From Proteromonas lacertae (Eukaryota): DNA of 64,000 nucleotides. Below, in pieces: positions 25,436 to 38,826 of the stretch (position 1 is the stretch's first letter; each line of letters starts with the position of its first letter). Location of the stretch: the NCBI GenBank assembly GCA_002245135.1, contig NGBS01001168.1, positions 1 through 64,000 on the forward strand. The letters are read 5' to 3'. The notes below the pieces were generated by a model that had not been told where the DNA came from, did no database searches, and saw only the letters and a program-made list of their open reading frames with translations. The position numbers and the translations under genes are program-made.

Positions 25436-28400
25436 TTAAAGTAAAACAGGAGGATTATCAGTATTTGCATTTACTCTTCCATCTAAACTCTTCTTTTTAT
25501 TTTCATTCACTCTTAAAACAGCATTTCTTCTATAAATGATAAACACTATTATCAATGACAGTAATATCAAACAGAACACACATGGAATTATAATGGCAAT
25601 TAACACAGTTGTATTAATTTTACAACCATTTATCTCTTCTAACCATTCAGCTTCATTGTTCTTGTTTAAATCACATTCTCTTTCATAATTTCCATTCTTT
25701 ATTCCTTCACATTCTATATAGCATTTATTCAACACTTCACATTTTGACCATTTATTATCATTGTTACAATACATTAAATCAATTTCTATTGATATTGTTA
25801 TTGAATCAGATCCATTCTCATTAGATACAACAAATTCATAATCTTTCTTCTCCATTTTTCTATTTGCTGTTCCAACTATCACTCCACTTGATTCTAATAA
25901 TAATAATCCAGATGGTAATATTTCTTTACATTCATATTTCAAATTTTCACCAATTGCAGTGAATAAGGAATAACTGTTTATTGGAACATTCTTATAGAAT
26001 GTTTTTTCTTTTTCATATTGCACTATTCTTGGAATTAATGGATAATTGAATTTTAATAGTATAGATATATAACAATTTCCTTTATTATTCTTAAACATAA
26101 AAGTATACATTTTATCATTCACTTTTTCTGATACTTTTCCATCTATTATTCCTGTTGTTTTAGATAATTCTAATCCTAATGGTAAATTTGGACTTACACT
26201 ATACTCAATATCCTTTCCTAATACTGTGAATAATTTTAATTCAACATCTAATCCAATTATTATTTCTTTTTCACTTTCATAATTCAATATTACTGGATTT
26301 TCACTTTCAACAATAGATAATGCTATTGGAATTATCAATTCATTATTCCTAACAGTGAAATTATACAATTTTGGTTGAAATGAGGATGGTGATTCAGTTA
26401 CTTGACCAGAAATCTCACTTGTGTATTTATCAAAATATAATGATTTTGGAAGTTCTGGTTCAACAGAATAGTACAAATTATAAACTTTAACTATATGAAA
26501 CAATGACAATTTAGAATAATTTGCTCCATATATAAAACTAAAATTTCCTACAGAATCAATAAGAATTGGTATTTTTGAGACTGTGATATTGATTTTAATT
26601 GCTATTAGTTTTGAATAAGTTGGAGTGATAACAGAAATAACATGATGAGTTATACCATCAGTGTATGGTTTTCCTTTAACAGAAACTGTTCTATTCTTTA
26701 TCAATTCTATTCCTTCAGGTAACTCTATTGAATAAATAAATAAATAATAAATACTAGGTGAAATAAAAATATCATAATTATCTCCAAAAATATCAAATAA
26801 TTCAATATTTTCACTTTCTTGTTGAACAATAAACATTGCATCATATCTTTTCATTATTATATATGGATGATTTGGTAATTTTACTTCTATTGTCATTTTA
26901 TGAGTATTATTACCATATTTGAATGTATATTCTTTCATTGCATATTCAGATATACAATCAGATTTATATATTCCCAATCCAACTCTTTTTATACAGGGAG
27001 GTAGATCTATTATTGATATATAATTATTATATTTATACCTGGAGTTATTGTAGTTATTCTATCTTTCATATAATCTTGATAGAATTGCATACTTCCTTGA
27101 TTATCTCCTATTATGAATGTATAATTATTAATTGAATATTCATTTTCTTCATAACCTTCTGAACATGGTAATTCACCTTCGAAATGTGGATTTTTTCCAA
27201 ATGGACAATGTAATTTACCTTTCTTAGCTTTATCTCCAGGACATGTATATGAATAGTAATAATCAGTTGGATAGGATTCTGAACATTTAAATACTCTACA
27301 CATAGATAATTGTATTAAGTAAATTCTATATTCCCAAACTTGAAAATCATTTGTTATATAAACATTCATCTTATTGGTTATTTGAGAAGTATTGATATTT
27401 AAATGTTTATAGTGTATATCAGACATTTCAACGAATGGAAATTTATAGTGAATATAATCTATCATATTTCCATTGTCATCTTCTATACTAATAAGATAGG
27501 TATCAGGAGTTTCTTTACAATTACTAATACAGGGAGAGCCAATAACAGATAATGTATTAAAAGAGAAATAAGAGAAATTATTGAATGTTGTATTTGTATA
27601 AGTATCATAAAAACCTTCTTCAAAATATCCACTCCAGTACTCAAAACTATCTTTAAATACAACATAAGAATCATATGAATGATATGGATTTTCATAAAAT
27701 ACATTTATTCCAAATTGATTTAATGATGTACAATCATTTATATCTAATTTTTATAAAAATAAATAATATATATATATACCATCTCCTTGTAATGGAAATC
27801 CAGTATATTCGAAGGATGGGAAATTTGTTTCGTTTTCTTCACGATGTAATTCTATTCCTATCACTATTCCATTATCAAATACTTCATATGGAAATAAAAA
27901 CTTCATTTCTTGTAATTCTGAAAACTTTCCTGAACTCTTGTCTTTATTATCATTTATGAAATATTTAAACTCTTCTTTTCCATTTATATAATATTTTATT
28001 CCTGATAAAACTCTTATTCGACTATAAAATGAAGTATAATCATCAAAATTATCAGGTTTTGGATGTTCAATTCGAAGATATAACACATTTGTATCAACTT
28101 TTATATCACTTAATTTAGATTTAGACCAATCAACTTTCTTATCTGGTTTATTCCAATCTTCTTCATATTGTGTTGAGAATTGCCATTCACTATATGAATT
28201 TACCCAATAATATACTATTCATTAAATATATAGCAAATAATCATACAATAAAGTTTTGAAGATCTATGAGGTTTGTATTGCAGTGAAGCAATATTATCAA
28301 CTTCTACTTCATCATTCTTCTTATAATCAATTACATATCTTCCCATTATTGCATCATTTTCAAATACATTAATAGTCCCAAAATGCCAATCTTCATATTC

Positions 28401-31400
28401 ATCACTATTACTACCATAATATACATCATATATTCCTTCATTTACACATTTGGAGTAATTTCTCTGTTCTAATCTTGTTAATTCACTTCCATTAATAGAA
28501 AATATCAAATTCTGCTTTTCATCTCTCATATTGAAATACATATTATATTCTCTATCAGTTGGATTTATTTCAATTCTAAGAACTATTTTACCATTCTTTT
28601 CACATGCTATTCAATAATGATAAAAATAAATAAAAAAATATACTACTCTCTTGGATATTAAACATTATTGTTTTTGCTACATACCCAAATCCATTTTCTG
28701 CATAAATTGTATATTCTTCAACAGAAGGACTTGATTGAATATAATAATCAATTTCTCCTGTATTTTTATTTAGTCTAAACTTTGGTTGATCAATACTTGT
28801 TGAGAATTTCATTGAAGTTGGATGTAATATTTCAGGTTTTATTGATATATATTCATATTGTTCAACATTTATTTCTTTAGGATATATTACTTCTGGTGGA
28901 TAAGTATTCATTTGTAAATCTACAGCATAACTAAACTCTTTCTTTATATCCTTCTTAACAATATTTCCACCATCACACTTAACTAAAACAGAATAATCAT
29001 TTGAATTATTCTTATTGATTATAAATTTATACTTATCTTCAACTAAACAAATCATTTTATTCCATTTTGGAGATAAACCACTTTCACTGAATATAAGGTT
29101 GTTATTCTTGTCTAGTAACATAACATTTGTTGAATAATCACATTTAGATAATTCAAAATATCCAAGATGTTCATTTTCTAATTCACATATATTAATCAGT
29201 TTTGGTTTAAATATTTTTGTTGTTTTTCCCGCTTCATTTGTTGCTATTATCAATATTTCACAATTCTCATCGTTCATTAAGTTTCCTTTAATAGTAAAAT
29301 GTTCTTTATTATATTCCAAACCTTTACATATCTTTGTCACTTCGTATTTATCAACTTTAGCACCAGAACTATCAATCTTTAGTGAAACTGGAAAACCAAT
29401 TGTCATATTTATTTCATTATAATAAATAGTTGATGATTCTACATCCATTAAGTAAATACCACTTGGAACACTGACATTTTCTACTTTTATACTTATTTCA
29501 GTTTCATATGATGATGAATTACTCAAATAACAATGTAAACGATAATACAATTCAGGTGAACCTTCTGATGGTTTTCCATATATTTCACCTGTAATGCTAT
29601 TAAACTCTAAACCATTTGGTAGTTCACGCATTATTGAATAATGAGATACATCTTTCTCATCTATACCAAATAGAATTGGTTTATTAGTGGCAATTGCTTC
29701 ATCTTTTATATAGACATTTTTAACAAATTTATACACAAAATAACCTGGTTGAATGTATTTGAAATATGATGTTGGATATTCCCATACTTCATCTTTGTCA
29801 TTCCAAATAAATATTTCTAATCCTTTTCCTCCAATATAATGCAAATAATCTAAATCAAATATATGAATTCCATTTTCAAGATATATTGAATCAGTTACAC
29901 TTCTATATTTCCCTTTACTATCACCAACTATTGACAATATGATATTTCCATCTATTTTCATCCAACATGCATCTTTACATGACATTTTAAATTTATATTC
30001 TTTACTTTCTTCAATGGAAATATATTCACCATAATGGCTACCATATTCACTATAAAACTTGCTTGTTAAACCATTCCATAATATTTCACTTTCTGTATAA
30101 ACTTCATTGATTTTATCTTCTATCATTAATGTATTTAAGTGGACATTCTTACCATCATTAAGATTCATTGGTTGTGTTAAATTGGTTGGAAATGTATCAC
30201 TTTTCATATAATAACCAACTAATCCATTAGAATAGCTGTTAGTAAAGAATATTTTTAATTCAAATTCATTACTTGAAGTATAAAAGTTAAAACATTTCAT
30301 TTTATATTCATTGTATAATTCTGATTCACTATAGAGACTTAATGTGTTTGAATTTAATGAAATATAACTTCCATATGGTAATAATGGTTCTATAACACAA
30401 TTCTTTATTCTATTCTCATAAACAAATGGAATCTTTGTATTAACACCAACTCTAATACTATAAATATGTTTTTCAAATGATACATCAGCAAGTAAAGGTA
30501 TAGTATAAGGATAAGAATGTAATAATGGTTCAATTGCCTTCTTTTCATTATATAATTCATTCCCTTTTTTATATTCAACTGAAAACTTCCATCCACCATT
30601 TCCTTTTACATCTTTTTCTCCAACAAATACTAATAAAGTAAAAAGTATAATAACCATCTGTATTTACATTGTAAGAGTTATTGTATTCTTTTTCATACCC
30701 TAAACATTCATAGCTACTATTGATTATCTCAGTGTTGTTTATTATCAATATTCCATTATAACTACTTCTGAAATAAAATGTATATTCACTTTCATTTAGA
30801 TGTAAATATCCACTAATATTTAATAACATTAATTTGTATTTATTCTCTTCTACTGGCTGAAATAAAGATTTAAATATATTATTATTATTTCCAAAATAAC
30901 TAAAATTCACATTTGGTATAGTTCCAGTTGTATTTTCAATTATTTCTGGTGTAGCGATTGGACATATTGATTCTTTTATTGAATATAACTCATAGTTTAT
31001 TCCTTTAAGATAAGGTTGTTTTTTGAACAATTTTATATTGATTGATGCTGTATTCTTAAACTCATCTTCCACTACAACTAGATATTCCCCATCAATACCC
31101 TTTAACGAATTATCAATATTCAATCTACCTGTTGACTTTATCAGCATTATTTTTCCAGGTAAATCTGGTGGACTGATCACTGTATAACTATTGAAAAAAA
31201 TAAACGGATATCTATACTTTGAAGAATGTACTGTTGTTATTGGATCAATTTGATATTTAGAAGTAGAAGTGCATATTACTTCAGATACAGGGTAATAGAA
31301 GAATTCTGAATGAATTGAGCCCAATTTTATTATTAACTATATCATTAAAACAATTACAACAATTAATAATGATTATTAATTCCAATATAGCTATTAACCT

Positions 31401-31403
31401 CAT
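25436..31403 (-). CDS. Large type I membrane protein with PA14-like domain(s), multiple putative Ig repeats and a Cys-rich juxtamembrane module
   Basis: Hydrophobic N-terminus, PA14-like YKFKMSCKDACWMKIDG, repeated LPxGL...GxIxG motifs, TM IAIIIPCVFCLILLSLIIVFIIY. Collinear ORFs joined by introns and frameshifts. Confidence 0.8.
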
Positions 31404-31699
31404 AATTACAAAATTCAATAAGACTAAAAGTGAAACGAACAAAAATACAAAATGCAGAATTAAATATTAATGATATTTTATTCGAGAATGAGGTTACACA
31501 TAGTTCCATTGATGAGCAATAACCAAATGCTTTCACGAAAATGTAATATCCGGTTTATAATTTGTTTAAATTAAACATACAACAACAAAAAGAATACTAT
31601 TACTTTCTTACTATCAATCAAATTTTAATTTAATTGACAATAGCTACAACTATTTACATGTATATAATAAAAACTCATATCAATTCTCTTTTCTTATTA

Positions 31700-33394
31700 T
31701 TATGTAATTCCTTGTTCCTTCATCAACTGTTGTATCTGTCTCAATTGATCTGTCAAATGTGAAGAGAAGGAAGCACTCAATTTCTTCTCTTCTTCATCTG
31801 TTATTTCATCATTACTACTTCTAAACCTTTGCATTCTCGTCTGTTCAACTTCCTTCTGAACTCTTGTCATCAACTCCTTTGATACTCCAGCTCGTTGTAC
31901 AATCCATTGTCTTTCCATTGAAGCTAGTATTCCTTCTCTCTGATAATCATGAACATCAATTCTGTCATTCTGATCATCTTTCCATTTTTCAAATGCTTCT
32001 ACTGGTGTTACTTCATCATCAATTGTTATTTCCCAGGATAGTCCAACTGGAACACCTGTTGATTGTGGAACACTGGATGGACATATAGTGGATTTATATT
32101 CTCGTATATGAACATCCCCCCATTTTAAACCAACTCTTTTCTTTTGTTGTTGTTGTTGTTTTAATTGTTTCTTTTTTTCTTTCTCTTTTCTTTTTTCTTC
32201 TCTTTCTTTGATCTTTTCTGGATCATCAAAACTTAATTGTATTTCAAAATCACTACTGTCACTATCATCATCATCCTCATTATTATATTTATTATTATTT
32301 GAAGATGTTTTAAGTATTGGTTTAATCTTAAAATTCTCTGGAACTCTTCCTCTAACAACTGGTGATGGTAATACAACATTATCGTCATCTAATACTGTTG
32401 TATTATTATTATTATTATTATTATTATCACTATTTACAGGTGTTAATACTTCAACAGTTGATCCTATTGGCTGTGCTTGTGGTGTTATACATTTCTCATG
32501 GATTTTATCATCAGATAATGAGATATTGATGGGTGGAACAATGAATTGGATTTTTCATTGAATTTGATTGTTGTTGTTTGATGTGTGGATCTGTTTGTTG
32601 TTTTTTAATTGGTTGTGTATGTTGTGATTGTGATAGACGTTGTGATGGTTGTTGTTGTTGTTGAGTTGTTGGTTGCGTAATTTTTGCTTTAGTTGGTGGA
32701 AAACTACCTTGCAATACAGGTTCACTCATTAATTTCGATGATATTCTTTGGTTTAATTTGCTATTATTCTCTGAAGGAGGAGGAGGACTTGGTTGTGGTG
32801 TATCTGTTGCACTACTACTACCAGCTGAATTGGATAGTGATTGAACAAGAAATTGTGGATTATTAGTTATATTATAACTATTATTATTGGATGTATTTGG
32901 TACACTTACACTAGTTCTAGTGGTTGGACGTGATTTTCTACGTTCTGGAACATTATCACTGACCTATTGGAGGTAATGACGCATTACTAGTTGGTGGTCT
33001 ACTATGATCTAAAGGAATTGCTTCTATTGTTGCTATTTTAAAATAATGAGGTTAAATTATACGTGTTAGATTCTCTGGAACTAAGTTTACTTTATTAAGA
33101 GTTGGAAATGCACTTGGTACAGCTGGAGATCTATGATCGTCTCTGCTTGATTTTATAATTATTGTCGATGAATCTCGTCTTCCACTCATTTTAGACTTAG
33201 AAGAAGGTCTTTGCATTTGTCCTGGTTTAGCAGGATTCCTTAGATCTTTTGATGTACTTGATACTCGTGGTTTTATAACAGGATTTGATCCAGTCATACC
33301 TACAAAAATACTAATCGAAATAATCGATACTTCCCAATCCTCTAGGTGGAACTAATGGACGAGGGGCAGGTGTATGGAAATAAGCACCTTTCAT
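31700..33394 (-). CDS. Low-complexity protein with conserved-looking C-terminal domain (KWGDVHIREY..GVPVGLSWE)
   Basis: ATG 33394, introns ~33300-33330 and ~33034-33063. P/S/Q-rich middle; several indels. Confidence 0.6.
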
Positions 33395-33505
33395 ATGATT
33401 AAATTATATTCTTGTTGATTAAATGAGAAAAAAATAATAAAAGAAAATCGTTACTGATTTTGATTGTTTTTTTGGTATACACCAAAAATAACCCAAAATT
33501 TAAAA

Positions 33506-34418
33506 ATGTTTGCTTTTCTTAAGAATAGAAGTGTTATAAAACTAATGTATTTTTATTATATTATTTTAGAGGTAAAGAATCGAAAACTTTTGTTCAGAGT
33601 TATTTTACTAATGATATCAATTTACTAAAACCAAATTCTGCAATCTATGGAGCATTTTTAGACAAAAAAGTATACATAGAAAATTGTTAATTTGAAATCA
33701 TAGGGTCATGTGTTTTGTGAATCTATAATATACGAAAACAAAGACGAAATATTAATAGAGCATTCTACTTCAAAAACATCTAAGTTAATTAAATATATAA
33801 ACTTTTATAAGCTTAAAACAAAAATTCAAATTGATGATATTCATTCTTCTCATAAAGTGTATTATACTCTTCAAAATGCTGATAATGATAATAAAGAGAG
33901 TGTTATTTATAAAGATCCAAGACATAAATCACTCCAGTATCACTGTATTACTCCAGAATCAATAAAAATCGAAAGTAATTCAAACAACATCTTAGATCAT
34001 TATAATTACAATCGTTTAAACAATGCAATTGCTGAAGGTGATGCAATGAACTCATATTACCCATTAGAATGTAATTTAGATTTGTTATCTGGAATATCTT
34101 ACAATAAAGGGTGTTATTTAGGTCAAGAGAAGGTCAGTTATATGCACTCAAGAGTATTATCCTTTTTACTATGTTTATTTTGTATAGAATCTTATAATTA
34201 GAAGGATGAAAACATTCAAATGTGTTAATCCTTTTAAATGTGATGCTAAATCCAATTTTACTATTACATCAGATGAATGGAAGGATGATTCAAATGTTGG
34301 AAAAGTTCTTGAGTATAATGAAACACTTAATCTTGGTATTTGTAACATTAAGCTGAAAGGGTTGAAGGAATGTTCTAATTTTGAATGGAATAATAATAAA
34401 ATATCAATTTTGAATTAA
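33506..34418 (+). CDS. IBA57: IBA57/CAF17/YgfZ Fe-S cluster maturation protein
   Basis: RSVIKL|GKESKTFVQSYFTND, YPLECNLDLLSGISYNKGCYLGQE signature; 3 mini-introns. Confidence 0.92.
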
Positions 34419-34492
34419 ATATTCTGTTATTCTTTATTTGAACCCCAATATAAAACACAAAATGAGACAAATATATTGATATTACATTATTT

Positions 34493-34693
34493 CTACTTAT
34501 TTTTCTTTGTATCATTCTTTTGCGGTTGTAATTGTTGTTTAACCTTTTCATCATTCTCTTGCTTCATGATTCTTAATGACAAAACAATATATAACAATGT
34601 GAGTAGGAATGATATTGCAAACAGTGTAAATATTAACCAAGGATATGGGAAAATTTTCTTAAAAGCCTCGTATATATCATCAAATTCACTCAT
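34493..34693 (-). CDS. 66-aa single-pass membrane microprotein, SMIM15-like
   Basis: ATG 34693, one TM helix, basic tail ending KKNK; TTCGTT motif just upstream. Confidence 0.55.
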   Translation of the reverse strand: MSEFDDIYEAFKKIFPYPWLIFTLFAISFLLTLLYIVLSLRIMKQENDEKVKQQLQPQKNDTKKNK

Positions 34694-34815
34694 TCTCAAT
34701 TGTGTAACGAATAGATTTTTTGAAATCGATTATTTGATGATTATAACATCCAATACATTTTACATTATGATAATAAACCAAAAACAATAATAATAAGTTA
34801 AATAATATTATAATT

Positions 34816-37537
34816 TTATCTTCTCTTTCTATCTTCCAACATATCAATTTTCACATTCTTCTCTGTTATTATATTCATCAATCTTTTTCTTTCTTTCTCA
34901 TATTTCTTAATCACACCATCTAAGAATGATAAAAGTGGTAAATATTTATTAACTTGATCACTTATTTCATTCACATCATCTTCAAGTCTAACTGGACAAT
35001 TTACTATTAAACAATATATAAATATAACTAAATATACAATTATTATTCTTTATTATTGATGCTATCTTAGCATATATTATAATGAAAGATTTCTTTACAG
35101 ATCCTAATTCAGTTTTATATTTTCCTAATACACCTTTTATATCTTCATTATCTACTTCTAATGATTGAATCTTTGATGACAAATTTGATATAATTCTAAT
35201 AAATAACAATAATAATTAGATAATAATTATTATACGATTTAGAGATGTTATTCTCTTTCTTCATATTCTCTAAATTATCTTTATAAGATTCACATAATGA
35301 TCGTTTTTGCTAAATTAATTGAATAATATAATATATATATACTTCACTATCATCTCTTAGATATTGAACACTTTTCCTTGTTTCTTCATGTTCATTCTTT
35401 TCTTTAACCAATTGACTTGCTACAAATTGAATTCTGTGTTCTAATTCTTGTTTTTGACTGATTATATTGGCTAAATCTTTTTCAGTTAATTCTCCATTCT
35501 ATTTAATCATTAATATATATATATATATAATAATTAGATAGATATTCATACATCTTGAAGTTTCTTGATTGTATTTGTCAATTCAGCAATCTGTTTATTC
35601 AATAAACTTCTTTCACTATAATATATAATATAATAAAATAAAATATACTTTGTCATTTCTTCTACTTTCATCTGTAAATCAGTATTTTCATTTTCTAATA
35701 GTTTGATCTGTTTGGATTTATCATTTATATTGTTATTCTGCTCTGTACTTGTTTCATTCAATTTCTGATGACTTTTTATTAAATCCTTATACAATTTGTC
35801 CATATTATTATAATTCCTTTGTAATTTATCAAATTCTTCATTTCTCATCTGTAATTTGGTGTTTAAAGTATTTACTTCACTTTTCAACTGATTTATTTTT
35901 TCATTATTTGCTAATATTTCTCTATCTTGATTGATTGTATCTAACGTTAAACCTTCACTATTAAAAATATATTAAATTATTATAATATATATTAATACAT
36001 GTTTGAATTTTGTTCATTTATTTTCTCCTCTTGTCTACTATTCTCTTCTCTCAATTTTTCAATTTCTGTTTGAAGTTCCATTATTTGTATTTGGTTCTGT
36101 TTTTCAATACTTGTTAACATATTCAATTGACTTTTATAACTACTGTTACTACAATCTAAATCAATTGATTGTTTGTTTAGCATTTCTATTGAACTTAACA
36201 GTGTATGTCTTTCTAAATCTCTTACATCTTTTTGTTGTTTTATTTCTCGACAATACTATTTAAAATATAAATTAAAATAATAATAATAATAATATATAAT
36301 ATTATATACTTTTTGTGCTTTTTCTAATTTATCTTTCATCTCATCATATTCTCTCTTCATATTTCTCATTTCATTTTTTATTTCTTCATTCTCTTTTTCA
36401 CACTGTTCTTTTTGGTGTATGAAACTTTCCACTGTTTTTCCACTAAGATTCAATTTCTCAATAATGTCGTTGTATTTTGATTCTAATTTCTTATATTCAT
36501 TTTCTAATGGGTTATATATATCTTCCATCTAATAAATAAAATAAAATAATAATAATATATATACAGTCTTTTTAACTGTTTGATTCTGTACAACTTCTCT
36601 CTTTAAACTTGTTATTTCTGAATTCAATTTTTCAATTTCATTATTATAATATCTCTTTATTTTTTCTTGATCATTCAACTATATACATATATATATATAA
36701 TATATTTACTCTATTTTTTTCTACAGTAGTTTCAATATCTTCGTAAAATTTTCTATTTCCTTTTTCCACTAAATACAAATACAATTCCCACACTCTACTT
36801 AAAAATGATTCTACATTTTCTTGCAGTTTTATTTTCGACACTAACGTATTTATCATTGCATGAAATCCTGTTACTAACATATACATGGATTTATAGAAAT
36901 CATTTGTAGTTTTTTCACTTAAACCTAGTTCTTTTAGACAATATCGATCAATTCCAAATTTGTATAGAATATCACTCTTTGCCATTGGATGGATTTGTAC
37001 TGCATCTTCTGGACACATTTCATATCCTGAATACTATAGAATTTAAATTAATAATCTAGTTATACAAGATCTACAAGTGGTTTTAAATTATTCTCTATAT
37101 AAGTTTCAGGTACTCCATGTAATGTTGAAGATGCTATAAACATTTAATAATATTTATTTTAATACTTCTAATTGATGTTAGAAAAGTTGGAGTTGGTAAA
37201 TCTATTAAAGACACCATTCAATGATATTTGTGATAATATAAAAGGATATGTGCAATTTCAGGTAATTCAAATATATCACTATTTTCAGTCTCAAATCTAT
37301 CAATTACATATTTCTATATACTTTTTCTGTACAATTGCACTGACTGTTTCAACACTATCATCACCTGTTGGATCTCTTATTTCTTTTGTTCTTGGACTAT
37401 ATAAGCATTACTAGAGTTGATTAATACGATGGAGACATATAACGAGATCTTGGAGGTTGTGGAGTTTGAGTAAAACTTTTTCTGGCTTGAGATGCCATCT
37501 TAGCAGACTGAGCAAGATGCTGTGTCCTCGATTTCAT
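34816..37537 (-). CDS. Long coiled-coil protein, many exons
   Basis: Chain of E/K/Q/N-rich minus-strand ORFs separated by GT..AG mini-introns; ends approximate. Confidence 0.65.
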
Positions 37538-37943
37538 GAGATTTTATAAAAATAACAGTTTTTTATAGTCCTTTCATAGTAATATTCATATGTAATATTC
37601 GTCTTATTAATTTGTATAAATGTGCTTATTATGAGTAATCTATTACAAAGAATGGTTTTATCACAAAAATATGAAGAATCTTTAAAATATGTGTTTATAT
37701 TGTTCTGTAATTATGTAAATATATTTTCTAAAAGAAGATGTGTTATAAGAAGTTTAATTTAATCATCTATGAAAAATGTTGTTGAGAATAAAAAATTTAA
37801 AAATTTTGAGCGAAAAATATTTATCGAACCCCATAACATTTCTTTCAATTTTTCTCACTATCTGAGAAATTTTCATATTATTTAATATCATTAGTTACAT
37901 TAATTTTTTACGTTTAATTAAGTATATAGTTATTAAAAAATAA

Positions 37944-38683
37944 ATGACAACAAATCAACCAACATCAGATGAAGCCAATGACCCAGCAAGTCAGACATGG
38001 GATCAGCAGATCAAGATGCTTCTAATTGGAGATACAGGTATATATGACATTTTTCTATCATATAATTCAATAGCTGTTGGAAAGACATGTCTTATGATGA
38101 AATATACTCAAAATAAATTCAATCCAGTGTTTATTACTACTGTTGTATGACTATAATTTCATCTAAATCTCATTTATAGGGAATTGATTATAAATTCAAA
38201 ATAATAGATGTAGACAATAAAAAGGTGAGGTTAGAAATATGGGATACAGCAGGTCAAGAAAGGTTTCGTGCAATTACAAGAAGTTATTTGAGAGGAGCGC
38301 AAGGAATATTGTTAGTATACGATGTAACAGATAAATCAACATTTGACCACTTATGTATTATTTTATATATTATCTGTATAGCTGCTTGGATGGAACAAAT
38401 CAATAAATACTCTGATGTAGTAGCTGGAAAGATATTAATTGGTAATAAATGTGATTTAGAAGATAAAAGAGTAGTTTCAAAGGAACAAGGAGAAGCATTA
38501 GCAGCACAATATAATATGCAACATGTGGAATGTAGTGCAAAAGAAGGAATGAACGTAACAGAAGCATTTGTTCAATTAGCAACTATAGTTGTTAAGAAAC
38601 AAGGAAATCCTGTGTCTCAAGAGGTGCAAAATGCAGTGAAAGTTGATAATAAAAAGAAAGAGAAGAAAGGTGGATGTTGTTAA
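37944..38683 (+). CDS. RAB8: Rab GTPase, Rab8/Sec4-like
   Basis: IKMLLIGDT|AVGKT, FITTV|GIDYKFK, WDTAGQERF, GNKCD, SAK, C-terminal CC; 3 introns. Confidence 0.9.
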
Positions 38684-38826
38684 AGTAGAATACATTTTTA
38701 TGTTTTATTAAGATAATTTTGATTGATGTATTGTTTTGGGAGTGTTCAAACGTTTTATGAAGAGATAAATGAAATTTCATTTTTGACAATCAGAAAACCT
38801 TATTTATTTCACCGAATAAATTAATA

